Source: Planctomycetota bacterium (GTDB taxonomy: Bacteria > Planctomycetota > UBA8108 > SXIK01). Taken from it: a stretch of DNA of 64,000 nucleotides. The stretch is from NCBI GenBank assembly GCA_965223265.1, contig OZ244999.1, positions 2,464,001-2,528,000 of the forward strand, written 5' to 3'. Under the pieces are notes generated by a model that was given only the letters and a program-made list of their open reading frames with translations, made no database searches and had not been told where the DNA came from. The position numbers were made by a program, and so were the translations under genes. Below are positions 9,803 through 19,316 of this stretch, in pieces (the stretch's first letter is position 1; each line of letters starts with the position of its first letter).

Positions 9803-11062
9803 ATGATCGAAAAAGCTGAATCGTTCCCAGGCAGATCGTCACTCAGCGGCCTCGTCGCCGCTGCTCTTCGCCACCTCGAAGGTCTCGGCTACAGCCGACG
9901 AACTGTCGGGTACTATCGGAATTCGTGGAACAAGCTTCTCGAGTTCGCTCGAGAGTCGAAGCGGCGCGCGTTCTCGTCCGAACTCGTCTGTCGGTTCTTG
10001 GCTCACCACGGGATCAGCTCCGACGCTGATCAGGGGAAGCTACGCTGGCGTGAGGTCGAGCTGCTCAAGGCGCTGCGGATCCTCACGGAGTTCGCCGAAG
10101 GCGGCAGCTTTCGGCCGTACCGCAAGCGGCTTCCCGAGCCGGTCTTCGCCAAGACGATCGCGGCCGAGCTACTGGCCTACGAGGCCTTCTGCCGTGAGCA
10201 CCTCGGACATCGCCCCTGCACCGTCGCGCAGCGCCGAAGAGTGGTCGTCCAGTTCTTTCAGTTCCTCAACCCTCGAGGCATCTCCGCCTTGCGAGGACTG
10301 AGGACGCGCGACTTCTGCGATTTTCTCGACTCTCTCACGCAGTTGAGTCCTCCGTCGCTCGCCGCCGTATCAGGAGCGCTCAAGTCCTTTGTCCGCTACC
10401 TGTGCATGCGTGGGATCGTCGAACCGAAGGTGGCGGATGAATGGGTTCCCATCCGCTTCGCGAAGGAGAGTCGGCTTCCGTCCGTCTGGCCGGCAAGCGC
10501 GGTAAAGGAACTCCTCGCCGCTGTGGATCGTAGCACCACACAGGGCAAACGAGATTACGCCATCCTTCTCCTCGCTTGCCGCTTCGGCCTTCGAGCCAGC
10601 GACATTCGGACGTTGCGTCTCGACGACATCCGTTGGTCGAACGGTCGCATTGACCTTCGTCAGTCGAAGACAGGTCAGCCGTTGACGCTCCCCCTCGAGG
10701 ACGACGTCGCCGACGCACTCATCGATTACCTCCAACACGGCCGGCCGGCGACGAGCTATCGCCAGGTGTTTCTGAAGACCCGTGCTCCGGTGGCACCTCT
10801 CGGGGAGCGAAACAATCTCGTCACCATCGTGTCTTCTCACCTCAGCGGCCTGAAGACGCCTCTGCCTGCGGAGACCCGACGCGGCCTCCATGCTCTTCGT
10901 CACACTCTAGCCACACGTCTCCTCCGGGCTGGCGAACCGCTCGAGACGATTGCGGCGATCCTCGGACACACCTCGGTCGAGTCGACCAGGCTCTATACGA
11001 GTCTCGACCTGGAAGCTCTGCATTGCGTCGCTCTCGACCCCGAGGAGGTGCTCCATGGGTAG
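9803..11062 (+). CDS. ritA: Tyrosine recombinase RitA
   Basis: FGLRASDI, HALRH, LGH and TRLY catalytic motifs. Confidence 0.9.
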   Translation: MIEKAESFPGRSSLSGLVAAALRHLEGLGYSRRTVGYYRNSWNKLLEFARESKRRAFSSELVCRFLAHHGISSDADQGKLRWREVELLKALRILTEFAEGGSFRPYRKRLPEPVFAKTIAAELLAYEAFCREHLGHRPCTVAQRRRVVVQFFQFLNPRGISALRGLRTRDFCDFLDSLTQLSPPSLAAVSGALKSFVRYLCMRGIVEPKVADEWVPIRFAKESRLPSVWPASAVKELLAAVDRSTTQGKRDYAILLLACRFGLRASDIRTLRLDDIRWSNGRIDLRQSKTGQPLTLPLEDDVADALIDYLQHGRPATSYRQVFLKTRAPVAPLGERNNLVTIVSSHLSGLKTPLPAETRRGLHALRHTLATRLLRAGEPLETIAAILGHTSVESTRLYTSLDLEALHCVALDPEEVLHG

Positions 11063-12035
11063 CGAACAGTCAGCGTTTCGCAGTCCCGTGCGAGATCTGA
11101 TGGTGAAGTTCCTCGAGGAGAAGCGCGGCTGTGGATACCGCTATGAGAGGGAGGAGTACCTTCTGCGAGCGTTGGACAGCTTCCTCGTTGCTCGAGGGCT
11201 TCAACGCCGGGAGCTGCCGAGAGTCCTCGTACAGGACTGGACCGCCGCGCGCGCCGATGAACGTCCCAGGACGCAGCGCATGCGGCTGACGATCGTTCGT
11301 CAACTGGCGATCTTCCTCTGTCGGCAAGGCTGCTCGGCCTACGTTACGCCCCTGAATCCAAGGCGCGGTACACGTCGTGAATTCACGGCGCGCATCTTCA
11401 GCCGGGAGGAAATCGCAAAGATCCTTCAGGCAGCTGACGACCTCGCCCCCTGTCGATGGTCGCCTCTCTATCATCTCGTGATCCCGGAACTCTTCCGCGT
11501 GCTCTACGGCTGCGGTCTTCGCCGAGGAGAGGCTCTTCGCTTGACAGTCGGAGACGTCGATCTCGTGGACGGAGTCCTTCGAATTCGCGAAGGCAAGTTT
11601 CGCAAGGACCGCCTTGTTCCCATCGCTCCCGGCTTGACTGAGCGGCTTCGTAGGTACGCCGAAGCACTCGACCCCCGCGAGCCTGGACAGCCGTTCTTCC
11701 CGTCCCCGCGCGGCGGCGCGTATTCCTCCGGGCGCGTGTACACGATTTTCCGCAAGCTCTTGGGAGCCGCTGGCATTCCACACCACGGTCGCGGACGCGG
11801 CCCTCGTCTCCACGAGATTCGCCATTCCTTTGCCGTACATCGGCTCGAGAACTGGTATGCGGAGGGTGTGGATTTGAACGCGAAGCTGCCGCTGCTCTCG
11901 TCGTACATGGGCCACCGCTGCATGCACGGTACCCAGGTCTACCTCCAGATGACCGAGAGCCTGTTCACCAACGTCACGGAACGGCTCGAAGCCGTCTGCG
12001 GTCATGCCATTCCGAGCGGGAGCAGAACCTCATGA
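11055..12035 (+). CDS. ritB: Tyrosine recombinase RitB
   Basis: CGLRRGE, GKFRKDR, HEIRHSFAV, YMGH and TQVY motifs; GAGGAGG RBS. Confidence 0.9.
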   Translation: MGSEQSAFRSPVRDLMVKFLEEKRGCGYRYEREEYLLRALDSFLVARGLQRRELPRVLVQDWTAARADERPRTQRMRLTIVRQLAIFLCRQGCSAYVTPLNPRRGTRREFTARIFSREEIAKILQAADDLAPCRWSPLYHLVIPELFRVLYGCGLRRGEALRLTVGDVDLVDGVLRIREGKFRKDRLVPIAPGLTERLRRYAEALDPREPGQPFFPSPRGGAYSSGRVYTIFRKLLGAAGIPHHGRGRGPRLHEIRHSFAVHRLENWYAEGVDLNAKLPLLSSYMGHRCMHGTQVYLQMTESLFTNVTERLEAVCGHAIPSGSRTS

Positions 12036-13051
12036 CGATCGCGAAACCCACCGACTTCGCCTGTCGACTCACTTCTTTCCTGACCGAGTACCTCCCATCC
12101 CAGCGAGGTCTCAGTCCGAACACGATCAAGAGCTACCGCGATGCGTTCGTGTTGCTGCTGCGCTACTGCCGTGAGGTCTGCGAGATGCGCATCGAGCGCC
12201 TGTCGCTGGAAGCGATCGACGCGTCTCTCATCGTGAAGTTTCTCGGGCATCTCGAGAAGGAGCGCGGCTCTTCAACCCGAACTCGAAACCATCGCCTCGC
12301 CGCATTCCACTCTTTCTTCAAGTACGTCCAAGTCGAGGAGCCGGATCGGATTCAACACTGCCAACGCATTCTCGCGATCCCGCTTCGGCGCATAGCGCAG
12401 ACTGAACCCACCTACCTGTCAGTCGAAGAACTGGCCGCGATCCTGAGACAACCAGACTCAACGACGCCTCAGGGACGCCGGGACGCTCTCATGTTGAGTC
12501 TGCTTTACGACACAGGAGCTCGCGTGCAGGAGTTGATCGATCTCTCGATCGCGGACCTTCGTCTCGCCTCCCCTCCGCAGGTGCGCTTGACTGGAAAGGG
12601 GCGAAAGATCCGCGTCGTCCCGCTCATGAAAGGAACGGCTGCCAACCTCGGCGAGTACGTCAAGGAGCACGCTCTCGATCGTCCCGAACAGGCGAACGAA
12701 CCGCTCTTCGTGAACCGGGCGGGTAACCGTCTCTCCCGATGGGGAATACGACATCTTCTGTCCAAGTACAGCGAGGCCGCTCGAGTCGAGTGCCCGACGC
12801 TACCGCAGAAGATCACTCCTCATACCTTACGCCACACGAAGGCGATGCACCTCTTGCAGAGCGGCAACCCCGCCGTCGTAATCCGCGACTTCCTCGGTCA
12901 TTCGGACATCCAGAGCACCCAGATCTACGCGAAGGCCGACCTGGACATGAAGCGGCGCGCCCTCGAGAAGGCCAATCAGCTTCCGGAGAGCAAGAAGGAC
13001 CGATCGTGGCAACGCGATCCGGACCTTCTCACGTGGCTCGGATCGCTGTAG
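12032..13051 (+). CDS. ritC: Tyrosine recombinase RitC
   Basis: TGARVQE, GKGRK, HTLRH, LGH and TQIY motifs; ATGA overlap. Confidence 0.92.
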   Translation: MTIAKPTDFACRLTSFLTEYLPSQRGLSPNTIKSYRDAFVLLLRYCREVCEMRIERLSLEAIDASLIVKFLGHLEKERGSSTRTRNHRLAAFHSFFKYVQVEEPDRIQHCQRILAIPLRRIAQTEPTYLSVEELAAILRQPDSTTPQGRRDALMLSLLYDTGARVQELIDLSIADLRLASPPQVRLTGKGRKIRVVPLMKGTAANLGEYVKEHALDRPEQANEPLFVNRAGNRLSRWGIRHLLSKYSEAARVECPTLPQKITPHTLRHTKAMHLLQSGNPAVVIRDFLGHSDIQSTQIYAKADLDMKRRALEKANQLPESKKDRSWQRDPDLLTWLGSL

Positions 13052-13549
13052 ACGCGCGGCCGATTTATGGAGAGTCCCAACGCGCCGAAGCGCCTCCGGT
13101 CGAGACAGGCGTCCGCTACTCCACATAACTCCGAACTCCCCATGTGATGAGGCGCAGCTCATTCCGGTTCGTGTTCTTGAACAGTTGCCGGTGCTGCTCA
13201 ACTTCCAGAAGGACTCCAAGCCCTTTCTCTCCCTCGTGCTCATCGGCCTGCCGGAGCTTCGTGATCGACTGAGAAGAAACGTGCTCTCTTCTTTAGCGGC
13301 ACGGCTTCCGGTGCGCATCCAGCTCGATCCACTCGGCGCACTGGAGGTCACCTCCTACCTCAAGCATCGCCTTCGCACCGCCGGCTGCACCAAGGAAGTC
13401 TTCGGCGAAGACGCGGTGCTGCTCATAGCCGAAGCCACTAGCGGCGCGCTGCGCAAGATCGATGTCGTCGCGGCGCACTCACTAGAAGAGGCCACCGAAG
13501 GCAAGAGCTCTATCGTCGACACAGCGGTGGTGGAAAGAGCGATCAAACG

Positions 13550-14527
13550 ATGCGCCGAAGCTCTGAGCTAACAGAACCGCTCTCGGTCGTGCAGGTGGCA
13601 GCGGTACAGGCCGGTGGTGAGGGGACGAGCTGGCTGGTGGAGAGCCTCTGGGAAGAAGAAGGCGTCGGCATTCTCGGAGGCGCACCGAAATCGTGCAAAA
13701 GCTGGCTCGCCCTCGACCTAGCCTTCAGCGTCGCCACCGGCACGCCGGCCCTTGGGAAGTACGAGGTGAAGAAGCCTGGACCGGTTCTCATCTTTGCCGC
13801 TGAAGATCAGCCCGCGCGTGTGCGTTCGCGCCTCGAAGGTTTTGCCGCTCACCGCCGGCAGAGCCTTGAGCGCGCCCCAGTGCATCTCATCGTGGAGAAC
13901 GCTCTGCGGCTGGACACCGAGCGCGACCAACATCGATTAGCACAAGCCGTGGGCCGGTACCGACCGCGGCTGTTGGTGCTCGATCCCTTCGTGCGCTTAC
14001 ACCGAATCGATGAGAACTCCGCTCAGGAAGTCTCGCGGGTGCTGGCGTATCTGCGCGAGCTTCAGCGCCAGCATCACGTGGCGATCTTCCTCGTTCATCA
14101 CTCCCGCAAGGCGGGCGCCGGTGGGGAGCAGGCGGGCCTGAGTCTTCGTGGCTCAGGGGACTTCCACGCCTGGGGGGAGAGCAATCTCTATCTGCGCCGT
14201 CGTCGCGGTGCGCTAGAGCTTGCCGTGGAGCAGCGTAACGCGGCGGCGAGCGAGCCGATCCAGCTTGCGCTGCGTGCGGAGAATGACTCGCCGCCGCATC
14301 TGGAAGTGGTGTGTACTGCGGCGCAATCTGGAGAACTCCAAGAGCTCAAGTCGCAGGTGCTTGAAGTGCTCGCGGCCAGTGATGCGCCTCGTACGCAAGA
14401 CGCGCTGCGTTTGGAGCTTCGGGTACGGGTGCAACGCCTTCAGGCCGCTCTCAGAGGGTTAGAGAAAGAAGGGGTCCTCGAGAGGACGTCGACGGGCTGG
14501 CGCTTCCGGCCGGCGCCCGACTCTTGA
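13550..14527 (+). CDS. AAA_25 / RepA-like RecA-fold ATPase (helicase-like) with probable C-terminal wHTH
   Basis: GAPKSCKS Walker A, LLVLDP Walker B, LVHHSRK and LRGSGDFHAW motifs. Confidence 0.85.
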   Translation: MRRSSELTEPLSVVQVAAVQAGGEGTSWLVESLWEEEGVGILGGAPKSCKSWLALDLAFSVATGTPALGKYEVKKPGPVLIFAAEDQPARVRSRLEGFAAHRRQSLERAPVHLIVENALRLDTERDQHRLAQAVGRYRPRLLVLDPFVRLHRIDENSAQEVSRVLAYLRELQRQHHVAIFLVHHSRKAGAGGEQAGLSLRGSGDFHAWGESNLYLRRRRGALELAVEQRNAAASEPIQLALRAENDSPPHLEVVCTAAQSGELQELKSQVLEVLAASDAPRTQDALRLELRVRVQRLQAALRGLEKEGVLERTSTGWRFRPAPDS

Positions 14528-14808
14528 GACGAGTCGCACCCGTTAAACTCCGACGGCTCCGAAATGACGTCGACATCACAATCGTCGTCGATCGCTTGGG
14601 CCTCTCGGTCTATCGCCCTGGCCGTCGGTGGCGCTTTCGCTGTCCGTCCTGCGGGAAAACCCAAACGCGGCGAACTCCCCGAAGCAATCTTGCGCATTGC
14701 TTTCTCTGCGCACAAAGCTTCAATCCCATCGACCTCGTTATCGCAGTGCGTCGCTGTAACTTCCTTCGAGCAGTCGAGTTCCTCGAAAAACTGTTGCTCG
14801 ACCGTTGA
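14524..14808 (+). CDS. Stand-alone CHC2/primase-type zinc-finger protein (outer transposon)
   Basis: FRCPSC...NLAHCFLCAQSFNPIDLVI...FLRAV; clearly similar to 9204-9479. Confidence 0.72.
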   Translation: MRRVAPVKLRRLRNDVDITIVVDRLGLSVYRPGRRWRFRCPSCGKTQTRRTPRSNLAHCFLCAQSFNPIDLVIAVRRCNFLRAVEFLEKLLLDR

Positions 14809-14840
14809 ATCGGAACGCTGGCAGTTGTGGGACCCCGCCC

Positions 14841-14885
14841 GTTTTATCTTTCCCAACACTACAGATGGGACGGGAAAGATAAAAC
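14841..14885. repeat. 14-bp perfect inverted repeat near the right end of the outer transposon
   Basis: GTTTTATCTTTCCC (14841-14854) and GGGAAAGATAAAAC (14872-14885). Confidence 0.8.
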
Positions 14886-14957
14886 CGTCACACCGCAGAC
14901 TCCAATCTCCCTGGGGTAATCTGATTGGGACGCCCTGGAATAACGTGCTCGGTAACA

Positions 14958-15860
14958 CCATGGAGCGGCGCACTTCGTCGACGGCGTCTGAGGCGAGCCG
15001 TTGGACATGGAAGCGATCAAAGATGATGTCCGCTTGGGGAAGCCAGTTCTCGACGGCCTTGATGTAGCCTCCCGCCATGTCGATCGTCACCTCTTTGATG
15101 TTGAAGCAACGCAGCACCCCGCCGAAGAACCCCTCGGGGACCTCGGCGCTTCGACCCTCACCTCACCAGCCCAGATCACTCGTCCACGATCGTGGTCAAC
15201 GACTATCGTCAAGTACCGATGCCTCTTTCGGTAGCTGAACTCATCGACCCCGATGCGACGGAGATCCTCGAGCCGCTCGGGATCGAGTCGCGAAGCGACG
15301 ATCGCCCCTACCGTAACCCACGAAATTCTCATCAGCTTGGCGACTTTCGTCTTGTCGGTGCCTTGCGCCAGGTAGGCGACCATTTCCTCGAAGTCATGGG
15401 TGAAGTGACTCTTGGGCGCCGCCCACGGCACTTCCTCGACTCGCACGCCACAGCGAGGGCAGTCAACGCGCCGTGGCGCGTAAGAGAGCCAGATCGAGCA
15501 GCGCCCCAGTGCGAGGTGCCGCCACCTGCGCGCTGGCTTCCTGTAATAGCCTGGCGCCTGCTTGCTGCAGCGGCTGCAGCGCGGCAAGCGCCAGCGGGGC
15601 TGAACATGGACCACAAGGCCATCGAATGCGAAGTCGACATTCTTGACGAGGAGTTTGGTGAAACCGAGAAGGTTTCGGAATACCGTGGTAACGTGCACGG
15701 GTTCTTGCCTCCTGTAGTCGTGGAAAACCACAGAAAAGCAGGAACTTCGTGCGCGTTTCCACCTCCAAGGGGTAGGAGTGGGCGACCAAGCGGCCGCGAA
15801 GCGTCAACTCCTGTCGCTCGATGGTTCCGTCAGGTCACCCACTCAGACTTTAGGAGAGCC
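14958..15860 (-). mobile_element. Truncated, frameshifted ISL3 copy 1
   Basis: Left IR GGCTCTCCTAAAGTCTGAGTGG ends at 15860. ISL3 motifs CSRC...RRVDCPRCG...GVDEFSYRKRH. Near-identical to copy 2; cut at 14958. Confidence 0.88.
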
Positions 15861-15954
15861 TGATTTCTCCGCTCCGGTGTATTCTGCGGAAGACAGCTGG
15901 CCGTTATGATCTGTTCGACAGGTTCCATTGATTGTCATCATTGAGGTGTTTACG

Positions 15955-16464
15955 ATGCAAAATCGATACAAAAGATTTTTTAAATTGTTGACATTTGTTT
16001 CTCTTTTCGTTGCGTTGACGGTTTTTGGTTGTTCTGGGTGCGCTCGAGATTTTGGCCCCCAGGGTGTGTTGACTTGCCGGTTTCGGGGAAACGAGGTCTT
16101 CGAAATCCGAACATTGGACCGAACTGAGGTCGTCATTGTTTTCGACGGTCCCATCGAGATCTCGTCTGCCGGACGAAGTGGTGGCGCTCGCCGAAACCGT
16201 AATAAGTACTGGTTCGAGGACCGCTTTACGACGACTGAAGGATTTCGTTTTGAAATGGCCTACACTAAACACAAGGGACAGATAACCATTAATAAACAAG
16301 AATATAGTATCCGCAATGGGAGGTTATTCTTAGTTCCATTTGGAGGGGGGAGGCCACAGCAACTCTTCGTGTCCGTGCCGAAGAGGTTGGAAGATATGCC
16401 GTCTTTTTTGGAGGCACTGGTGGCCGAGGATTCTGATGTGCGAAGATTTTTAAGCGAACCGTAA
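15955..16464 (+). CDS. Hypothetical lipoprotein in an AT-richer segment
   Basis: GAGG RBS; signal peptide with lipobox-like VFGC. Confidence 0.65.
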   Translation: MQNRYKRFFKLLTFVSLFVALTVFGCSGCARDFGPQGVLTCRFRGNEVFEIRTLDRTEVVIVFDGPIEISSAGRSGGARRNRNKYWFEDRFTTTEGFRFEMAYTKHKGQITINKQEYSIRNGRLFLVPFGGGRPQQLFVSVPKRLEDMPSFLEALVAEDSDVRRFLSEP

Positions 16465-16602
16465 GGGTATTCTGCGAGTCTCTTTGGAGAATAGAAACCT
16501 TGGAATCGTGGGATCGATTATGAGCGAGGACAATTGGTATAGGGATCACATTCTCTGGAAGGCTGGCCAACATGGCATTCCGAATGAGGGTTGCTTTCTT
16601 TT

Positions 16603-18011
16603 AGATCTCCTACAGTCCGAGTGGGTAGGTTCCTGGTAGTGGAGGGGCAAGCTGGACACCTCCGCTGTTGAGAAAGAACATCGCGATCAAGGCGGAGGCG
16701 CAGTGAAAACCGAAGGCGCGCCGGGCGACCATGCGAAGCTTGTTGTTGAGTCCCTCGACCGGCCCATTGGTCAGGCGCGTTCTGACGTATGCGACGACGC
16801 CGTCGAAGTGCTGGCGTATTGTCCGTGAGGCCTTGACGAAGGGTTTCAGCTTCGAACGTGAAGCCCACGCCAGCCACCGTCTCAAGGCACACTCTGCCCT
16901 CTTCGGTTGCAAGTAGTTGAGTGTGTCCGCGAGCGTCTCTTTGAGAAGATAGGCGCGGTAGAGGCGTTTGTTTTTGCTCTGCACCTCGCTCAATTTCATC
17001 TGCTGAGACGTCGTGAGGTCCCAAGGGTTCTTCAGAGAGCGAAGCGACTTCGCTTGATCGCTTGATCGCCTTCGCCTCCTCCGGGTCCTCGACTTCGCGG
17101 ACCATGGAGCGGCGCACTTCGTCGACGGCGTCTGAGGCGAGCCGTTGGACATGGAAGCGATCAAAGATGATGTCCGCTTGGGGAAGCCAGTTCTCGACGG
17201 CCTTGATGTAGCCTCCCGCCATGTCGATCGTCACCTCTTTGATGTTGAAGCAACGCAGCACCCCGCCGAAGAACCCCTCGAGGACCTCGGCGCTTCGACC
17301 CTCACCAGCCCAGATCACTCGTCCACGATCGTCGTCAACGACTATCGTCAAGTACCGATGCCTCTTTCGGTAGCTGAACTCATCGACCCCGATGCGACGG
17401 AGATCCTCGAGCCGCTCGGGATCGAGTCGCGCAGCGACAATACGCTCGACGATCGCTCCTACCGTAACCCACGAAATCCCCATCAGCTTGGCGACCTTCG
17501 TCTTGTCGGTGCCTTGCGCCAGGTAGGCGACCATCTCCTCGAAGTCGCGGGTGAAGCGGCTTTGGGGCGTCGCCCACGGCACTTCCTCGACGCGCACGCC
17601 ACAGCCAGGGCAGTCAACGCGCCGTGGCGCGTAGGAAAGCCAAATTGAGTAGCGCCCGAGTGCGAGGTGCCGCCACTTGCGCGCCGGCTTTCTGTCATAT
17701 CCGGGCGCCTGTTTGCTGCAGAGGCTGCAGCGCGGTAAGCGCCAGCGGGGCCGAACATGAACCACGAGGCCATCGAATGCAAAGTCGACGTTCTTGACGA
17801 GGAGCTTGGTGACACCGAGAAGATTTCGGAATACGGTGGCAACGCGCACGGGTTCTTGCCTCCTGTAGTCGTGGAAAACCACAGAAAAGCAGGAACTTCG
17901 TGCGCGTTTCCACCTCCAAGGGGCAGGAGTGGGCGACCAAGCGGCCGCGAAGCGTCAGCTCTTGACGCTCGATGGCTCCGTCAGGTCAGCCACTCAGACT
18001 TTAGGAGAGCC
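16603..18011 (-). mobile_element. Full-length ISL3 copy 2 with frameshifted transposase (about 17849-16610)
   Basis: IRs GGCTCTCCTAAAGTCTGAGTGG and AGATCTCCTACAGTCCGAGTGG with T-rich flanks (TCTTTT on both sides). GVDE, IDM and FDRFH motifs, then TNGPVEGLNNK in another frame. Confidence 0.9.
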
Positions 18012-18185
18012 TCTTTTTTTTGGTCTGGTGTCGTCGTGAAAATAGAATCCCACCCAAAGACCGACATCCTGCGATGAGGCACAAGCACTGCGCCGTCGTC
18101 GTGTGGGCGCTGAAGCAACGGCTTCGTTGGGCGAACTGATAGACTGTGTCGGAAACTCATGGTCGAAGGGGGCTGACGGGGAAAT

Positions 18186-18200
18186 CCCGTCCCAGGTTCG
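18186..18200 (-). repeat. Single dispersed copy of the CGAACCTGGGAC core
   Basis: CCCGTCCCAGGTTCG matches the 22.2-kb cluster units. Confidence 0.65.
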
Positions 18201-18285
18201 ATCCAGTTTCTAACTGGCCGGCGCCGTTGCCATCGGAAGATCGGACAACTGGCTTTGGATCACCGAACAACGGAGTCGTTCGATC

Positions 18286-18732
18286 TTGACTGCAGAAGAG
18301 CTCATTGTGTTTCGGGCGTTCGTGATCCGTCTCGTGCTATTGGGCGTTTTGACGGTCACGTTCGGCGCCGGGTCACAGATCCTTGTCGGCGTCACACTGA
18401 GCCGTAGTCCGTCGTTGTATGAGGCTCTTACCCTTGGCTGCGCTATCGGGGCTTTCAACTGCGTGATCCTGGGGCTTCTCTCGCGACCAATAGAGATCAC
18501 CGTACGGAATCGTCAGCGGGCTGAAATTCGCGTTCGCGTTGACGATCTCCTCGAGGCGTTCGGGTACGAGCTGAGTTTCCGCAGAAGCGACACGTTCGTG
18601 TATCGATGCCGTCTACGGACCAAGCCCGGTCACTACCCCCTTGCGCTGAGGTACTGGAGGGATCGAACTGCGACTCTGTACGGCCCGCCTCTCATTGTCC
18701 GACGCGTCCGCAAGACTCTCGAGTGCGTGTGA
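18286..18732 (+). CDS. Hypothetical membrane protein
   Basis: Two hydrophobic segments followed by a soluble domain. Confidence 0.5.
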   Translation: MTAEELIVFRAFVIRLVLLGVLTVTFGAGSQILVGVTLSRSPSLYEALTLGCAIGAFNCVILGLLSRPIEITVRNRQRAEIRVRVDDLLEAFGYELSFRRSDTFVYRCRLRTKPGHYPLALRYWRDRTATLYGPPLIVRRVRKTLECV

Positions 18733-19133
18733 GCCACACATCGCAGAGCCCGGTCTGGCGCGCGGGCGCGTTCACCGGTCGAGGCCATATGCGCTACAGA
18801 CATCGGCGCGCATTGAGCATTCGTTCGTTCGCCGAAAGACGAGCTTGCGGTGCTCGACCGGGCGGGATCTCGCATCCGGTGGCTGTGACGGCGCTGGCGT
18901 CTCAGGCAAATGAATGAAGGCCGCGCCCTCACGTCAGCGACGTTTCATGCGGGACATCATTCCCTTCTTGCCACGTCCTCCAGGAGTGAATCATTGCTTG
19001 ACGTTGCGCGCGTTCCCAGCTCGAAGTAAGATATCGACCATCGATGCTAACCTGATATGCCCGATCGGATTTCGGTACCGCACGCAGTGTCTTCGCGCCT
19101 CTAGAGCTCTCACAGCACGAGATTTACAAGGCA

Positions 19134-19316
19134 ATGCGCCCGTGCGAACGTATCGATGTAGCCTGCTCGCTCCATGACTTCGCCTATGAGCGGGTGCTTC
19201 TCGGTCTCCGCAGTCGGTACCCAGAAATGCCGCTCGAGAGGCTTCGGCTCGAAACAGCGATTCGCTTCCTGAATGAATCAGAAGGAATTCTTCGAGAGAG
19301 TTTTGGCGGTTCTTGA
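19134..19316 (+). CDS. Small helical partner protein upstream of the nucleotidyltransferase; start uncertain
   Basis: YKAMRPCERI...GLRSRYPE motif; overlaps the downstream gene. Confidence 0.45.
   Translation: MRPCERIDVACSLHDFAYERVLLGLRSRYPEMPLERLRLETAIRFLNESEGILRESFGGS

Larger units (their letters stand above)
9634..13145 (+). mobile_element. RIT element (recombinases in trio)
   Basis: Three overlapping tyrosine recombinases, perfect 35-bp IR (9659-9693 and 13112-13146), GATGAG at both flanks (9628-9633, 13146-13151). Confidence 0.92.
2446..13571 (+). pseudogene. ExeA/GspA-type AAA ATPase split into three pieces (2446-2751, 9544-9633, 13152-13571)
   Basis: Walker A GEPGTGKT and Walker B VIVFDE|AQ. 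Removing the IS21 and RIT inserts plus one copy of each duplication rejoins an in-frame 271-aa protein. Confidence 0.9.
277..14957 (+). mobile_element. Outer DDE/AAA transposon (Zn-ribbon ORF, transposase, ExeA-type ATPase, AAA_25 ATPase, CHC2 Zn finger) carrying nested insertions
   Basis: Imperfect terminal IRs: TGTTACGCAGCAGATTA at 277 and the reverse complement of the right end, TGTTACCGAGCACGTTA, ending at 14957. Each end coincides with truncation of a flanking transposase gene. Confidence 0.75.
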
